Assembly: GCA_963555755.3 (NCBI GenBank)
Contig: OY820905.2
Location: 2,784,001-2,848,000 of the forward strand
Length of the DNA: 64,000 nucleotides
Source of the DNA: Nitrospirales bacterium
Lineage (GTDB): Bacteria; Nitrospirota; Nitrospiria; Nitrospirales; UBA8639
Direction of reading: 5' to 3'
The number at the start of each line of letters is the position of its first letter. The first letter of the stretch is position 1. The notes under the pieces were generated by a model. The model worked only from the letters and a program-made list of their open reading frames with translations, did not search any database and was not told the origin of the DNA. The translations under genes and the position numbers were made by a program. Below are positions 9,043 to 19,303 of this stretch, in pieces.

Positions 9043-10212
9043 ATGCATCTTCACTTTGACTGTTTTTCAGGAATTAGCGGGGATATGGTCCTTGGAGCGC
9101 TGGTGGATGCTGGCCTTTCACCCACGCAACTAAGGAAGGGCCTTCAAGCCCTGCCTATTGCCGGATACCGTCTCCACACCAAAAAGGTGCATCGTGGCCC
9201 GATCATGGCAACCAAAGTTGATGTCAAAATCCAGTCATCCCATGACAAACCACTCTCCTGGCCACAAATCCGACGCCTGATCCAGCGTAGCACCTTGCCA
9301 CCTTGGGTCAAGAAACACGCGTTAGCGGTGTTTACTCATTTGGCCGAAGCAGAAGGGAAGGTACACGGCCACAAAACAGCGAACATTCACTTCCATGAAG
9401 TCGGGGTTATTGACTCGCTCGTGGATGTGGTGGGTGGGCTTCTGGGGTGCCATCTCATGAAGATTCAGACCTTTAGCGCCACGCCCGTGAATGTCGGTTC
9501 TGGAACCACCAACAGCGCGCACGGCATTCTCCCTGTTCCACCGCCCGCAGTGGCTGAGTTAGCCAAAGGAATTCCTATTTTTTCCAAAGGCCCGGAAATG
9601 GAGTTGACGACCCCAACAGGAATGGCGTTACTGAAGACATTGACTCAGAATTTTCAACCGCTTTCGTCTTTTCACACTCATACGATTGGCTATGGGGCTG
9701 GAAGCGCAAACCCAGATGGATGGATCAATGCGTTGCGTGTCTTGACGTCCACATCGCCGCCAGCGGAAAACATGGAATGTGATCAGGTCATCCAGCTTGA
9801 AACGAATATCGATGACCTGAATCCTCAAATTTATGAAGTCGTGATAGATCGGCTGTTTGAGATTGGCGCGCTGGATGTCACCTTGACCCCCGTGACCATG
9901 AAACGGAGCCGCCCCGGGATTGTGCTTTCGGTCCTGGCCAAGCCGGAACAGGTTGAGATCGTTACTCAAACCATATTCCAAGAAACGAGTACTATTGGCC
10001 TGAGGACCCAACTGATCGACCGCCTGACACTGCCCCGACACAGTACGACAATTCGGTTGCCCCAAGGCAAAGTTCGCGTGAAAACCGTGGGATCGGGAAA
10101 GCACACGAAGCGAACCCCGGAGTTTAAAGACTGCCAGGCTCTCGCGAAAAAAACCGGACGGCCCGTCAGAGAAATCATCGAAGAGGTTATTCGAAAAATG
10201 CCGAATTCATAA
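9043..10212 (+). CDS. larC: Nickel-pincer cofactor biosynthesis protein LarC
   Basis: DCFSGISGDM, HFHEVG, ELTTPTG, ETNIDD. Confidence 0.95.
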   Translation: MHLHFDCFSGISGDMVLGALVDAGLSPTQLRKGLQALPIAGYRLHTKKVHRGPIMATKVDVKIQSSHDKPLSWPQIRRLIQRSTLPPWVKKHALAVFTHLAEAEGKVHGHKTANIHFHEVGVIDSLVDVVGGLLGCHLMKIQTFSATPVNVGSGTTNSAHGILPVPPPAVAELAKGIPIFSKGPEMELTTPTGMALLKTLTQNFQPLSSFHTHTIGYGAGSANPDGWINALRVLTSTSPPAENMECDQVIQLETNIDDLNPQIYEVVIDRLFEIGALDVTLTPVTMKRSRPGIVLSVLAKPEQVEIVTQTIFQETSTIGLRTQLIDRLTLPRHSTTIRLPQGKVRVKTVGSGKHTKRTPEFKDCQALAKKTGRPVREIIEEVIRKMPNS

Positions 10213-10215
10213 TGA

Positions 10216-10247
10216 CGTAATCCGTGATGCGTAACCCGTGATTCGTG
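10216..10247. repeat. Degenerate heptamer tandem repeat (CGTRA..)
   Basis: CGTAATC CGTGATG CGTAACC CGTGATT. Confidence 0.6.
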
Positions 10248-10298
10248 GGGAAAAAGGATTATCTTCGCGGGTTACAATTCCTTCTTCAGGCTTCACCC

Positions 10299-11324
10299 AT
10301 GACAATTTCTGCTAAACAACACCGTCCCTATCTGGCCATCACCATGGGTGACCCCGCTGGTATTGGCCCGGAAATCATTGTAAAGGCCTTAGCCTCACCC
10401 ACAGTTTGGCGAATCTGCCGGCCCATTGTCGTTGGGTCTGCCTCGGTATTTGAAAAGGAAGTTGGCCGTTTACACTCTCCCTTAAGAGTTGTGGTCTTGC
10501 AGGGGGATCATAGCCTCATGGAAGGAAAGCAAATCGCCAAAGGGCATATTCCCATTCTTGACCCATTGGAAAAACCTTTGGGCCGGTTCCGGATCGGAAA
10601 GGCCGCACGCGGTCCGGGAGCGGCTTCCGTGCGATGTATCGAAACTGCGGTTTGTCTGGCACAAAGCCGGTGTGTCGCAGGAATCGTCACGGCGCCGATT
10701 AACAAAGAAGCCATTCACCTTGCCGGATGTTCTCACCCCGGACACACGGAGTTACTCGCAGACCTGACCAAGACTAAGGACTTCGGTATGATGCTGTTGG
10801 GAGGCCCGCTCAAAATCCTGTTCGTCACAACACACCTCTCGATTCGAAAACTTCCCCGAGCCTTGACGACGAAACGAATCTTCACAGCTATTCGGCTTGC
10901 TCACAGGGCCATGCGACAATATTTTCAGGTATCCCGTCCCCGAGTCGGAGTCGCAGCGTTGAATCCCCATGCCGGTGAACACGGGCTGTTTGGGAATGAA
11001 GAGCAGACAATCATTGCACCGGCAGTGAAGAAAGCCTCACAAGATGGTATTCGGGTGAGCGGTCCCTGGCCAGCGGATACCCTCTTCGGAGCTGCTGTCC
11101 GTGGTGACTATGACGTGATTGTGGCGATGTACCATGACCAAGGTCTGATTCCATTAAAGACCATTGCCTTCGGGCAATGCATTAACATGACGGTTGGATT
11201 GCCGATTATCAGAACTTCCGTAGACCATGGAACAGCCTACGACATCGCCGGAAAGGGAAAAGCCGATCCTCAAAGTTTGATCCAAGCCATAAAACTGGCC
11301 GCTCGACTTGGTCAACAGTCGTGA
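10299..11324 (+). CDS. pdxA: 4-hydroxythreonine-4-phosphate dehydrogenase
   Basis: GDPAGIGPE, GHTE, NPHAGE, MYHDQG, RTSVDHGTA. Confidence 0.95.
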   Translation: MTISAKQHRPYLAITMGDPAGIGPEIIVKALASPTVWRICRPIVVGSASVFEKEVGRLHSPLRVVVLQGDHSLMEGKQIAKGHIPILDPLEKPLGRFRIGKAARGPGAASVRCIETAVCLAQSRCVAGIVTAPINKEAIHLAGCSHPGHTELLADLTKTKDFGMMLLGGPLKILFVTTHLSIRKLPRALTTKRIFTAIRLAHRAMRQYFQVSRPRVGVAALNPHAGEHGLFGNEEQTIIAPAVKKASQDGIRVSGPWPADTLFGAAVRGDYDVIVAMYHDQGLIPLKTIAFGQCINMTVGLPIIRTSVDHGTAYDIAGKGKADPQSLIQAIKLAARLGQQS

Positions 11325-11415
11325 GGTACCTTCCGCAGAAGGATTAATGGTTCGAGGACCAACCCCTAACACCTGACTCCGCCTCCCTGAATGTCTAACT
11401 ATTCGACAGTGTATT

Positions 11416-12816
11416 ATGCCCGTCCCTGCCCCATTTAAACCCGAAAAACCAACAACCTGGTCATGTCGGGCGGTGGCGCTCCACACGTTGCTGACAGTGG
11501 AGCGACAGAATGTGTTTGCCGATGAAACGTTTCACGAATTGGCCAATAAGAGTCAACTCTCCAAGGAGGATCGGGCGTTAGGATTCGAACTCGTGAACGG
11601 CGTCCTCCGTCATCGCGGGAATTTGGATTGGCGACTTACTGCGTTGACCAATCGACCCCTTCTTGGCCTTCCGACCATTGTGGTGATGATTCTTCGTCTT
11701 GGTGCCTACCAACTGCTCCATTTGGATCGAGTGCCGGATTCGGCCGCTGTGAATGAATCCGTCAAGCTGGCCAAGCGGGTGAAAGGCCGAGATTGGAGTG
11801 GGGTCGTCAATGGCGTGTTGCGGAATCTGATTCGGCAAACCGAACCTCAGTGGCCTGACCCATCAGAAGATCCGGTCCACGAGCTCTCAATCCGGGACTC
11901 ATGCCCAACCTGGCTTACCCAACGTTGGATTGAGAGGTTGGGACTCGACCAAGCCGGGCGGGTTTGCCAACAAACTATTGGCATTCCTCCGTTGACGCTT
12001 CGGACCAACACGCTTCGCTGTTCACGGGAGGAGTTGAAAGAACGATTACAACAAGAAGGGTATGGCGTAACACCAACAGAAGTAAGCCCTCTCGGCCTGA
12101 CGCTGGATAAATGTGGCTCGCTGACCACACTGGCGCCTTTGCAAGATGGGTGGTGCTATGTCGAGGACGAAGCCGCTCAGTTGGTTCCATTTCTTTTGGA
12201 TGTTCAGCCCGGACATCGGGTGTTGGATGCCTGTGCCGCACCAGGTGGAAAATCCACTCATATAGCGGCACTCATGGGTAATCAGGGGGAAATTGTGGCC
12301 GTTGATCGGAGCGCCAATCGGTTACAGGCCCTGCAAGAAAACGTGGATCGATTGGGCATCACCTGCATTCATGCTATGGTTGGGACCTGGTCCGAGGGCT
12401 TTGGATCCTCATCCCCGGTCGCTCCAATGTTGGAGAACGGTTTCGATCGTATCCTTGTCGATACTCCTTGCTCTGGCTTGGGTATCCTACGACGGCATCC
12501 TGAAGCCAAGTGGCAAAGGTCGGCAGAACAGTTGCCCCAACACCAACAATTACAGATAGAAATCCTCCATCAGGTGTGTACTTACTTGAGACCTGGCGGA
12601 ATCATGGTCTATAGTGCCTGCTCGGTAGAACCGGAGGAGAGCACACAGGTCATCTCACGGTTTTGTTTAGACCATCCAGAGTTTCAGCATGAAAGCTCTG
12701 CCCCGTTTCTTCCTCCTGGGAGCCAAACCTTGACAAGTCCGGAGGGAGATCTTTTGACACTTGGCTCAATCTATGACATGGATGGATTTTTTGCAGCACG
12801 TCTTCGAAAGGCCTAA
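11416..12816 (+). CDS. rsmB: 16S rRNA m5C967 methyltransferase
   Basis: NusB-like N-terminus; DACAAPGGKS, DTPCSGLG, YSACS. Confidence 0.93.
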   Translation: MPVPAPFKPEKPTTWSCRAVALHTLLTVERQNVFADETFHELANKSQLSKEDRALGFELVNGVLRHRGNLDWRLTALTNRPLLGLPTIVVMILRLGAYQLLHLDRVPDSAAVNESVKLAKRVKGRDWSGVVNGVLRNLIRQTEPQWPDPSEDPVHELSIRDSCPTWLTQRWIERLGLDQAGRVCQQTIGIPPLTLRTNTLRCSREELKERLQQEGYGVTPTEVSPLGLTLDKCGSLTTLAPLQDGWCYVEDEAAQLVPFLLDVQPGHRVLDACAAPGGKSTHIAALMGNQGEIVAVDRSANRLQALQENVDRLGITCIHAMVGTWSEGFGSSSPVAPMLENGFDRILVDTPCSGLGILRRHPEAKWQRSAEQLPQHQQLQIEILHQVCTYLRPGGIMVYSACSVEPEESTQVISRFCLDHPEFQHESSAPFLPPGSQTLTSPEGDLLTLGSIYDMDGFFAARLRKA

Positions 12817-12819
12817 CTC

Positions 12820-13503
12820 ATGAGTGCTCGCCCGGTAAAAATTGCTCCGTCTATTCTCTCGGCGGATTTTGCGCGCCTTGCCGATGAAGTCGCGGCCGTG
12901 GAGGCCGCTGGGGCCGACTTCCTTCACGTCGATGTGATGGATGGCCATTTCGTGCCCAACCTGACGGTTGGGCCGCCTATCGTGGAAGCACTCCGCAAGG
13001 TCACGTCGCTACCACTTGATGTCCATCTCATGATCACGAATCCTGATTCCTTTATTCAGGAGTTTGCGGAAGCCGGCGCGAGTTACCTCACGGTTCACAC
13101 GGAAACGTGCCCGCATCTGCATCGCACGATCCAATTGATCAAAGAACATGGGGTAAAAGCCGGGATTACACTCAATCCGTCAACCTCCTTAACCACACTT
13201 GAAGAAGTGATCGCCGATGCCGATCTGGTGTTGATTATGTCGGTCAACCCAGGCTTTGGAGGTCAAACATTTATCCCGGCGATCTTTGATAAAATCACTC
13301 GAACCCGTGAACTTATCACTCGAACGGGTAGTAAGGCGCTGCTTGAAGTAGACGGCGGCGTTAAAATCGATAACGCCGCGGAGGTGGTCAAAGCCGGGGC
13401 CGAAGTCCTGGTGGCTGGATCGGCCATCTTTAACAGTCCCAATTATGCCGACACCATCCAAGCGTTTCGTTCAGCTACGCATGTTCTTTCAGCCCCATTG
13501 TAA
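12820..13503 (+). CDS. rpe: Ribulose-phosphate 3-epimerase
   Basis: [32 protein letters not shown]. Confidence 0.97.
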   Translation: MSARPVKIAPSILSADFARLADEVAAVEAAGADFLHVDVMDGHFVPNLTVGPPIVEALRKVTSLPLDVHLMITNPDSFIQEFAEAGASYLTVHTETCPHLHRTIQLIKEHGVKAGITLNPSTSLTTLEEVIADADLVLIMSVNPGFGGQTFIPAIFDKITRTRELITRTGSKALLEVDGGVKIDNAAEVVKAGAEVLVAGSAIFNSPNYADTIQAFRSATHVLSAPL

Positions 13504-13506
13504 CCC

Positions 13507-15063
13507 ATGAGCGCTAGGGACCTGTATGACAGCCTGCATCCCCTCGAAGTCCATCTCCTTGCGGCGTTGTTTGCACAATCAACTGCCACGTCTGACAGCA
13601 CACTCGCGGAACTGACGCCCCTCGATCCTTCGCAAATCAGCATGGCGCTGGGCTGGCTCCAGGCCAAAGCCCTGATCCAAACCGAATCCGAAACCATCAC
13701 TTTCCTGGTTGGGTTAACCGATGTAGGCCGAGGGTATTTGTCGAGCGGGTCTCCCGCGGAGTGGATTCTTCAATCCTGTGGGGAAGCGACACAAAATAGG
13801 AATTCGCTCACCGTCAAAGACCTGCAAGCCAAAGAACAGTTTCAACCCACTGAGTTGAGCCGGGCCATCGGGCTGTTGAAAAAAGAAGGCGCCATCCAAA
13901 TGGTCGCTGGGGGCGCCATTGAAACGACCGGCACACCCAGTCCAACCACCGAAACGCTCAAGGGTTTACTTCGGCAACTCAAGTCTTCCACCGAGGAGCT
14001 TCCTGCCTTTTCCACCGACAATCAAAACCTGCTGAAACAATATTCCGTGAAACGCGGGAATGCCAAGGAACCTTTCCGGATCGAAGAACGAGTGGAGCGA
14101 GCTTACACGCTCACCTCCGAAGGGCAACACGTGGCCAAACTTTGTCGTCCTGGTGCGACTGAGGAAATCTCTCAACTCACCCCAGACATGCTCAAGGATG
14201 GCACGTGGCGCAACAAACCGTTTAGAAAATACACCATCAATCTTCGACCACCTCGAGTAGCGCCTGGCCGGCGGCATCCTTATCGAGAGTTTCTCGATCT
14301 CGTAAAACGCCGGTTGGTGAGCATGGGATTTCAGGAGATGCGCGGCCCCTTGGTGGAAACCGAATTTTGGAACATGGATGCGCTCTACATGCCTCAGTTT
14401 CATCCGGCTCGCGCGATTCACGACGTGTACTTCGTGAAAAATCCCAGGCATGCTGATAAGATCCCGGAACCCTTTCTCTCTCGCGTTGCAGAAGCCCACG
14501 AACATGGCGGGTCTACGGGATCCACTGGTTGGGGCTATCAATACGACCGAGAACGGGCTAGCCGACTGGTTTTACGAAGCCAGGGCACCGCGGTATCGGC
14601 CCGAACATTAGCAGCCAATCCCTTGGTGCCTGGAAAGTATTTTTCGATTGCCCGGTGCTTTCGATACGACCAGGTGGATGCAACCCATGCCACGGACTTT
14701 TTCCAGGTTGAAGGAATTGTTCTTGGCGAAGACATCAATTTTCGCACGCTTCTCGGCCTTCTCACTCTTTTTGCCAAAGAGATGGCCCAGGCCAAAGAGA
14801 GCAAGTTTTTGCCAGCCTATTTTCCCTTTACGGAACCGTCCGTGGAGTTGCACGTTCGCCATCCTCGGCTGGGATGGATGGAGTTGGGAGGGGCCGGTCT
14901 GTTTCGACCGGAAGTGACTCACCCCCTCGGCGTGACCGTACCCGTGATTGCCTGGGGATTAGGTCTGGATCGAATGGCCATGATGGCGCTCGGACTTCAT
15001 GACATCCGAGATCTATTCTCTGTCGATCTGGAAAAAGTCAGAACCATGCGTGGACGCTTTTAG
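13507..15063 (+). CDS. pheS: Phenylalanine-tRNA ligase alpha subunit, long archaeal-type form
   Basis: 518 aa with N-terminal extension; FWNMDALYMPQFHPAR, YFPFTEPS, AWGLGLDR. Confidence 0.95.
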   Translation: MSARDLYDSLHPLEVHLLAALFAQSTATSDSTLAELTPLDPSQISMALGWLQAKALIQTESETITFLVGLTDVGRGYLSSGSPAEWILQSCGEATQNRNSLTVKDLQAKEQFQPTELSRAIGLLKKEGAIQMVAGGAIETTGTPSPTTETLKGLLRQLKSSTEELPAFSTDNQNLLKQYSVKRGNAKEPFRIEERVERAYTLTSEGQHVAKLCRPGATEEISQLTPDMLKDGTWRNKPFRKYTINLRPPRVAPGRRHPYREFLDLVKRRLVSMGFQEMRGPLVETEFWNMDALYMPQFHPARAIHDVYFVKNPRHADKIPEPFLSRVAEAHEHGGSTGSTGWGYQYDRERASRLVLRSQGTAVSARTLAANPLVPGKYFSIARCFRYDQVDATHATDFFQVEGIVLGEDINFRTLLGLLTLFAKEMAQAKESKFLPAYFPFTEPSVELHVRHPRLGWMELGGAGLFRPEVTHPLGVTVPVIAWGLGLDRMAMMALGLHDIRDLFSVDLEKVRTMRGRF

Positions 15064-15186
15064 CAGGATGCTGAAAAAGTCCGCCAGCGGCGTTCTCGGC
15101 CCCTTGTCGTGCTCACGTACTATGAGTACGCTCCGCGCGCCAAGGCGCCTGCGGCCTTGCTGGACAGCCTTTTTCAGCATCATGCT
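15062..15186. repeat. Family D element between pheS and pheT
   Basis: TIR GGATGCTGAAAAAG / CTTTTTCAGCATC; core GCTCACGTAC..GTACGCTCCG. Confidence 0.9.
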
Positions 15187-15238
15187 TTTGTTAAGGGGTT
15201 CAGAAACTTTTTAAACCATCAAAATTTTTGTTAACGAT

Positions 15239-16945
15239 ATGCCGACTATTTCCATTTTCCACAAAGATTTTGAATCGCTCATTGGCCGGGCTTCGACCAT
15301 TGATCAAATCGAGAACTGGTTGACTCTCGTGAAAGGGGAACTCAAGGATCACACCCCAGCCACTGGCGAAATACGAGTCGAACTGCAGGACAGCAATCGC
15401 CCCGATCTGTGGTGTGTGGAAGGCATCGCCAGACAAATACGCATCAAATTGCAGGAAGCTCCTGTTCCCTACCCATTCCTGCATACCAAGTCGCGTCCCA
15501 AACAAAAAATCACCGTGGCCAAAGGCATGGAGAAGGTTCGCCCCTTTGTCGCCGCATGTTGCTCAACAGGGTACCGGGTCACGGAAGAGGGATTGACGCA
15601 GCTGATTCAGGTTCAAGAAAAACTTGCTGATATTTTTGGGCACAAGCGCCAGACGGTCTCGATCGGCTTGTACCGCCTGAACAAGATTCATTTCCCGGTA
15701 ACCTATGGATTGGTCAAGCCGGAAGAAGCCCGATTCACGCCTCTCGGATTTTCGGAAAAGTTGACCCTCAAAGAAATTCTGACGGTTCATCCCAAAGGGA
15801 TCGAATACAGTTCCATCTTTGCGGATCATCCCTCGCTTCCTCTGTTGTGGGATAAGGAAGGCCAGATTCTTTCCTTTCCTCCGATCATCAATAGCCGCGA
15901 GATCGGAGAAGTCCAAGTTGGCGATTCCGACCTGCTTGTCGAAGTAACGGGAACGGATCTGAGGATGGTGCTGTTGACGTTGAATATCTTTGCCGCAAAT
16001 TTGGCTGATCGTGGAGCCGCCATCGAGCCCATTGAGATCGTCTATCCCTACGCCACCGAACGGGGTAAAACGATTCGGACACCCTGTGATATTAGCGAGG
16101 TTCAAAAAATTCCGCTTCGTGCCGTCGAGTCGGCCTTGGGGCTCCCAATGGGCGTGGAAACTGTTCAACGTGCGTTGACCGCCTATGGCTATCAGGTCAA
16201 AACCAGCCGACATACCCTGGCGGTACGATTACCCAGTTACCGAAGTGATGTGATGCATCCCATTGATGTGGCCGAAGACGTAGCGATTTCCCGAGGATAT
16301 GAATCCTTTGCGCCTATCATGCCGGCGCAATTTACGGTCGGTTCACTTTCAGCTCTTGAACTGACGTCAGACTACGTTCGCGATCAAATGGTGGGCATGG
16401 GATTTCAGGAAATGTTTTCCAATATTCTCATGTCACATGAAGACTTAGTGGAGCGCATGCAACTGACTCCGTCTGGCCACCCCGTGGTTGAAGTCGATAA
16501 TGTCATGTCTTTGAGTTTTTCCTGCCTTCGGTCATGGATCCTTCCCTCGCTCCTTCGTATTGAAACCGCATCCCCCCGAGCGTTCTATCCCCATCGTCTG
16601 TTTGAAATCGGCGAAGTGGCTGTCCCGAATCTCAGCCTCGAACTAGGATCGAAAACCGTCATTAAAATAGCTGGCTTGACGGCCCATCCCCATGCCAACT
16701 TTTCCGAGATTCACACTAGCCTTGATGTACTGATGTATTATCTCGTGAAGGATTACACCCTCGAACCCACAACTCATGGATCTTTCCTGGAAGGACGTGT
16801 GGGAAAAATAATGGTTGGCGGACAGTCAATCGGCCTGATCGGTGAACTCCACCCCGAAGTCCTGGAAGCCTGGCAAATTTCCATGCCCATCTCGGTTTTC
16901 GAACTCGAAGTGGATGCCCTGTGTCGAGAAGATCGCGAAGGGTAA
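15239..16945 (+). CDS. pheT: Phenylalanine-tRNA ligase beta subunit, short archaeal-type form
   Basis: 568 aa; NRPDLW, LSFPPIINS, RSDVMHPIDVAEDVAI, GELHPEVL. Confidence 0.94.
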   Translation: MPTISIFHKDFESLIGRASTIDQIENWLTLVKGELKDHTPATGEIRVELQDSNRPDLWCVEGIARQIRIKLQEAPVPYPFLHTKSRPKQKITVAKGMEKVRPFVAACCSTGYRVTEEGLTQLIQVQEKLADIFGHKRQTVSIGLYRLNKIHFPVTYGLVKPEEARFTPLGFSEKLTLKEILTVHPKGIEYSSIFADHPSLPLLWDKEGQILSFPPIINSREIGEVQVGDSDLLVEVTGTDLRMVLLTLNIFAANLADRGAAIEPIEIVYPYATERGKTIRTPCDISEVQKIPLRAVESALGLPMGVETVQRALTAYGYQVKTSRHTLAVRLPSYRSDVMHPIDVAEDVAISRGYESFAPIMPAQFTVGSLSALELTSDYVRDQMVGMGFQEMFSNILMSHEDLVERMQLTPSGHPVVEVDNVMSLSFSCLRSWILPSLLRIETASPRAFYPHRLFEIGEVAVPNLSLELGSKTVIKIAGLTAHPHANFSEIHTSLDVLMYYLVKDYTLEPTTHGSFLEGRVGKIMVGGQSIGLIGELHPEVLEAWQISMPISVFELEVDALCREDREG

Positions 16946-17011
16946 TTCTTAAAGCGTCCTGCCTGAAGAATCAGAAACACTCCTTTCGGTGTTGCCGAAG
17001 AATTATTTAAT

Positions 17012-17204
17012 GTGGGCTTTCGCGCCCACACGACGAGTCACTTTTGTTCCGGCAAAAGTGACCAAAACCATGTTCGCCCGTGCGCGGCCCTCCGGGTGCC
17101 TCCGCCTCCCTCCCGAATCAAGATGGCTCGGGACCTCGCTCCGCTCAAACAACCCTCGCCGAAAAGTCGATTCGGGATGGAGACTCCGCCGCGCCCAACG
17201 CGGG
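17012..17204 (+). repeat. Family E structured repeat E1 (alpha-like subtype)
   Basis: Outer hairpin, CACTTTTG..CAAAAGTG stem, invariant CTCGCTCCGCTCAAACA; 5 copies in window. Confidence 0.9.
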
Positions 17205-17404
17205 TTGAGGGGAGCTTGTGATATTTTTTGCTTTCCTAAACTCTCAACAAAAGATTTGATAATCAAATTTCCAAATTTGACCACAAATTCCAAATTTCTC
17301 CACAACCTTACCCCTTAACTTGATACCAATAGTTGACAGGTCAATCCATATCGGAAACTGGGGTTTCTCTTGATTTATAATTATCATGACAATATGATGG
17401 CATT

Positions 17405-17695
17405 ATGGTTGAACATTTCTTCACCTGGGATGAAAGCAAAAACCTAGAAAATCAACACAAACACGGGATCTCATTTAAAGAAGCTGCGACGATCTTCACC
17501 GATGAGAACGCGCGCATGATTCATGACCCGGACCATTCGGCAGATGAAGACCGATTCATTCTCCTTGGATTCAGTTCTAAAGCGCGGCTCATTGTTGTGG
17601 CACATACCTATCGGAAGCATGAAACGGAAATCCGAATTATCTCCGCTCGAAAAGCGGAAAAATATGAACGTGAAGAATATGGGAGTTTCCTATGA
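17405..17695 (+). CDS. brnT: BrnT-family (DUF497) ribonuclease toxin
   Basis: FTWDESKN..N..KHGISF, EDRFILLG, IRIISARKA. Confidence 0.9.
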   Translation: MVEHFFTWDESKNLENQHKHGISFKEAATIFTDENARMIHDPDHSADEDRFILLGFSSKARLIVVAHTYRKHETEIRIISARKAEKYEREEYGSFL

Positions 17696-17904
17696 GAAAA
17701 AGATACGATTTTTCCAAATCGGTAAAGAATCCTTATGCGAAGCAATTAAAGAAGCAGGTCACTCTTCGTCTCGGGATCGATGTTATCGCCTACTTCAAAA
17801 CGTTGGCTGAAGAAACAGGGATTCCGTACCAGAATCTGATAAATCTGTACCTTAAGGAGTGCGCGCATTCCGGGAAAAAACTTGGTCTCAAGTGGGCATC
17901 CTGA
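17692..17904 (+). CDS. brnA: BrnA/CopG-like antitoxin
   Basis: YDFS..KNPY, GIPYQNLINLYL; ATGA overlap with brnT. Confidence 0.85.
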   Translation: MRKRYDFSKSVKNPYAKQLKKQVTLRLGIDVIAYFKTLAEETGIPYQNLINLYLKECAHSGKKLGLKWAS

Positions 17905-17973
17905 AAATCTGCACAATAAGGAATGGTTCAACAGGTTGGAGGAAGATAGATTGTTTTTTAGGGAATTATTTTA

Positions 17974-18169
17974 TGCAGGGTTTCGTCCCCGCGCGACGAG
18001 TCACTTTTGTTTCGGCAAAAGTGACCAAAACCAAGTTCGCCCGTGCGCGGCCCCAAGGGGGTCCCTCCGCCTCCGCACCGAATAAGATGGCTCAGGAACT
18101 CGCTCCGCTCAAACAGCCTTCGCCAAAAAAGCCGATTCGGTACTACGGCTCCGCCGCGCCCAACGCGGG
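17974..18169 (+). repeat. Family E repeat E2 (alpha subtype)
   Basis: Homologous to E1 and E5. Confidence 0.9.
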
Positions 18170-18322
18170 TAGAGCTAGACTTTTGATATTCTTACAAAAC
18201 TCTTAACAAAAGATCTGCCTCCAAACCTTAACGACAGCCGATGAGTTTCATTGTATAGGGAATTCTAAGGGCTTATACTACGCAAACAGAAAGCCCAGAT
18301 CTTTCCCTGCACATTCGAATTA

Positions 18323-18536
18323 GGGACTGTTGAATATCTCATACACAGATCCCATAAATACGCCGGGGAAGACGACCAACATCAGTGAGAGGAAATGTTC
18401 AAAAAAGCATGCCCTGAGTCTTTCCGAAGGGTCTATCCAGCAAGGCCGCAGCCCTTTGGACGCGCAGAGCGTACTCTCAGTAGGTGAGCACGGCAAAAGG
18501 GCGAGAACGCCGCTGGTGACTTTTTTCAACATTCCC
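18323..18536. repeat. Family D element, extended form with nested mini-hairpin
   Basis: Core 18391-18536; extra GGGACTGTTGAATA end; insert at 18408-18431. Confidence 0.85.
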
Positions 18537-18571
18537 AATAATTAAGTGAAAATTAATCAGGACATATATTA

Positions 18572-19300
18572 ATGAAGGGTGGTTTAACCAAATCCCAGGT
18601 TGACCGACTCGGGGACAAATTAAGAAATAATCTGCATAATGAGACAGACCTAAAATTGCTTGATGAATTTCGTAGATCATTTCATGAGGCGTACAAAACA
18701 GCAATAAATACTATACGTGATCGGACCAATATAGAACCCACTGGCAGACCAGCTAAGTCTACAAGTGCAATTATCGAGAAACTTAAACGAGAAAGTATTC
18801 GGCTCAGCCAAATTCAAGATATCGCGGGATGCAGAATCGTAGTGGCTACAATTATTGAGCAAAACGTGGTCGTCTCTTCCCTATACGAAGCTTTTCCAGA
18901 GAAAATTATAGTTGACCGTCGACTTAAACCCAGTCACGGGTATCGGGGAGTTCATATCATCTCCCAGATCAACGAAAAACCTATTGAAATTCAAGTCCGA
19001 AGCACTTTGCAACACCTATGGGCTGAATTTTCTGAGAAGTTGTCAGACGTTGTTGACCCCAGTATTAAGTATGGGGGTGGAGATGCTATAGTTCGAAAAC
19101 TGCTCCAAGATTGCACCTTACTTGTAGAGGAAATAGAAAGAATCGAATTAGGTATTGCGGGTCGAAAGAAGAAAAAATTAGACAGAAATAACAAAATTCA
19201 GTTGGAGGATTTTCAAGGCAATGTAGGAAAGATTAAAAACAAAATGGCAAAAGAACTCAAGAATTTTATAAGAGAATATTCAGAGTTATCGGAGCAATGA
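18572..19300 (+). CDS. RelA/SpoT synthetase-domain protein (SAS), CapRel/PhRel-like putative toxin
   Basis: RPAKS..IIEKL, QDIAGCRI, GYRGVH, EIQVRS.LQHLWAE; no hydrolase domain. Confidence 0.88.
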   Translation: MKGGLTKSQVDRLGDKLRNNLHNETDLKLLDEFRRSFHEAYKTAINTIRDRTNIEPTGRPAKSTSAIIEKLKRESIRLSQIQDIAGCRIVVATIIEQNVVVSSLYEAFPEKIIVDRRLKPSHGYRGVHIISQINEKPIEIQVRSTLQHLWAEFSEKLSDVVDPSIKYGGGDAIVRKLLQDCTLLVEEIERIELGIAGRKKKKLDRNNKIQLEDFQGNVGKIKNKMAKELKNFIREYSELSEQ

Positions 19301-19303
19301 GAA

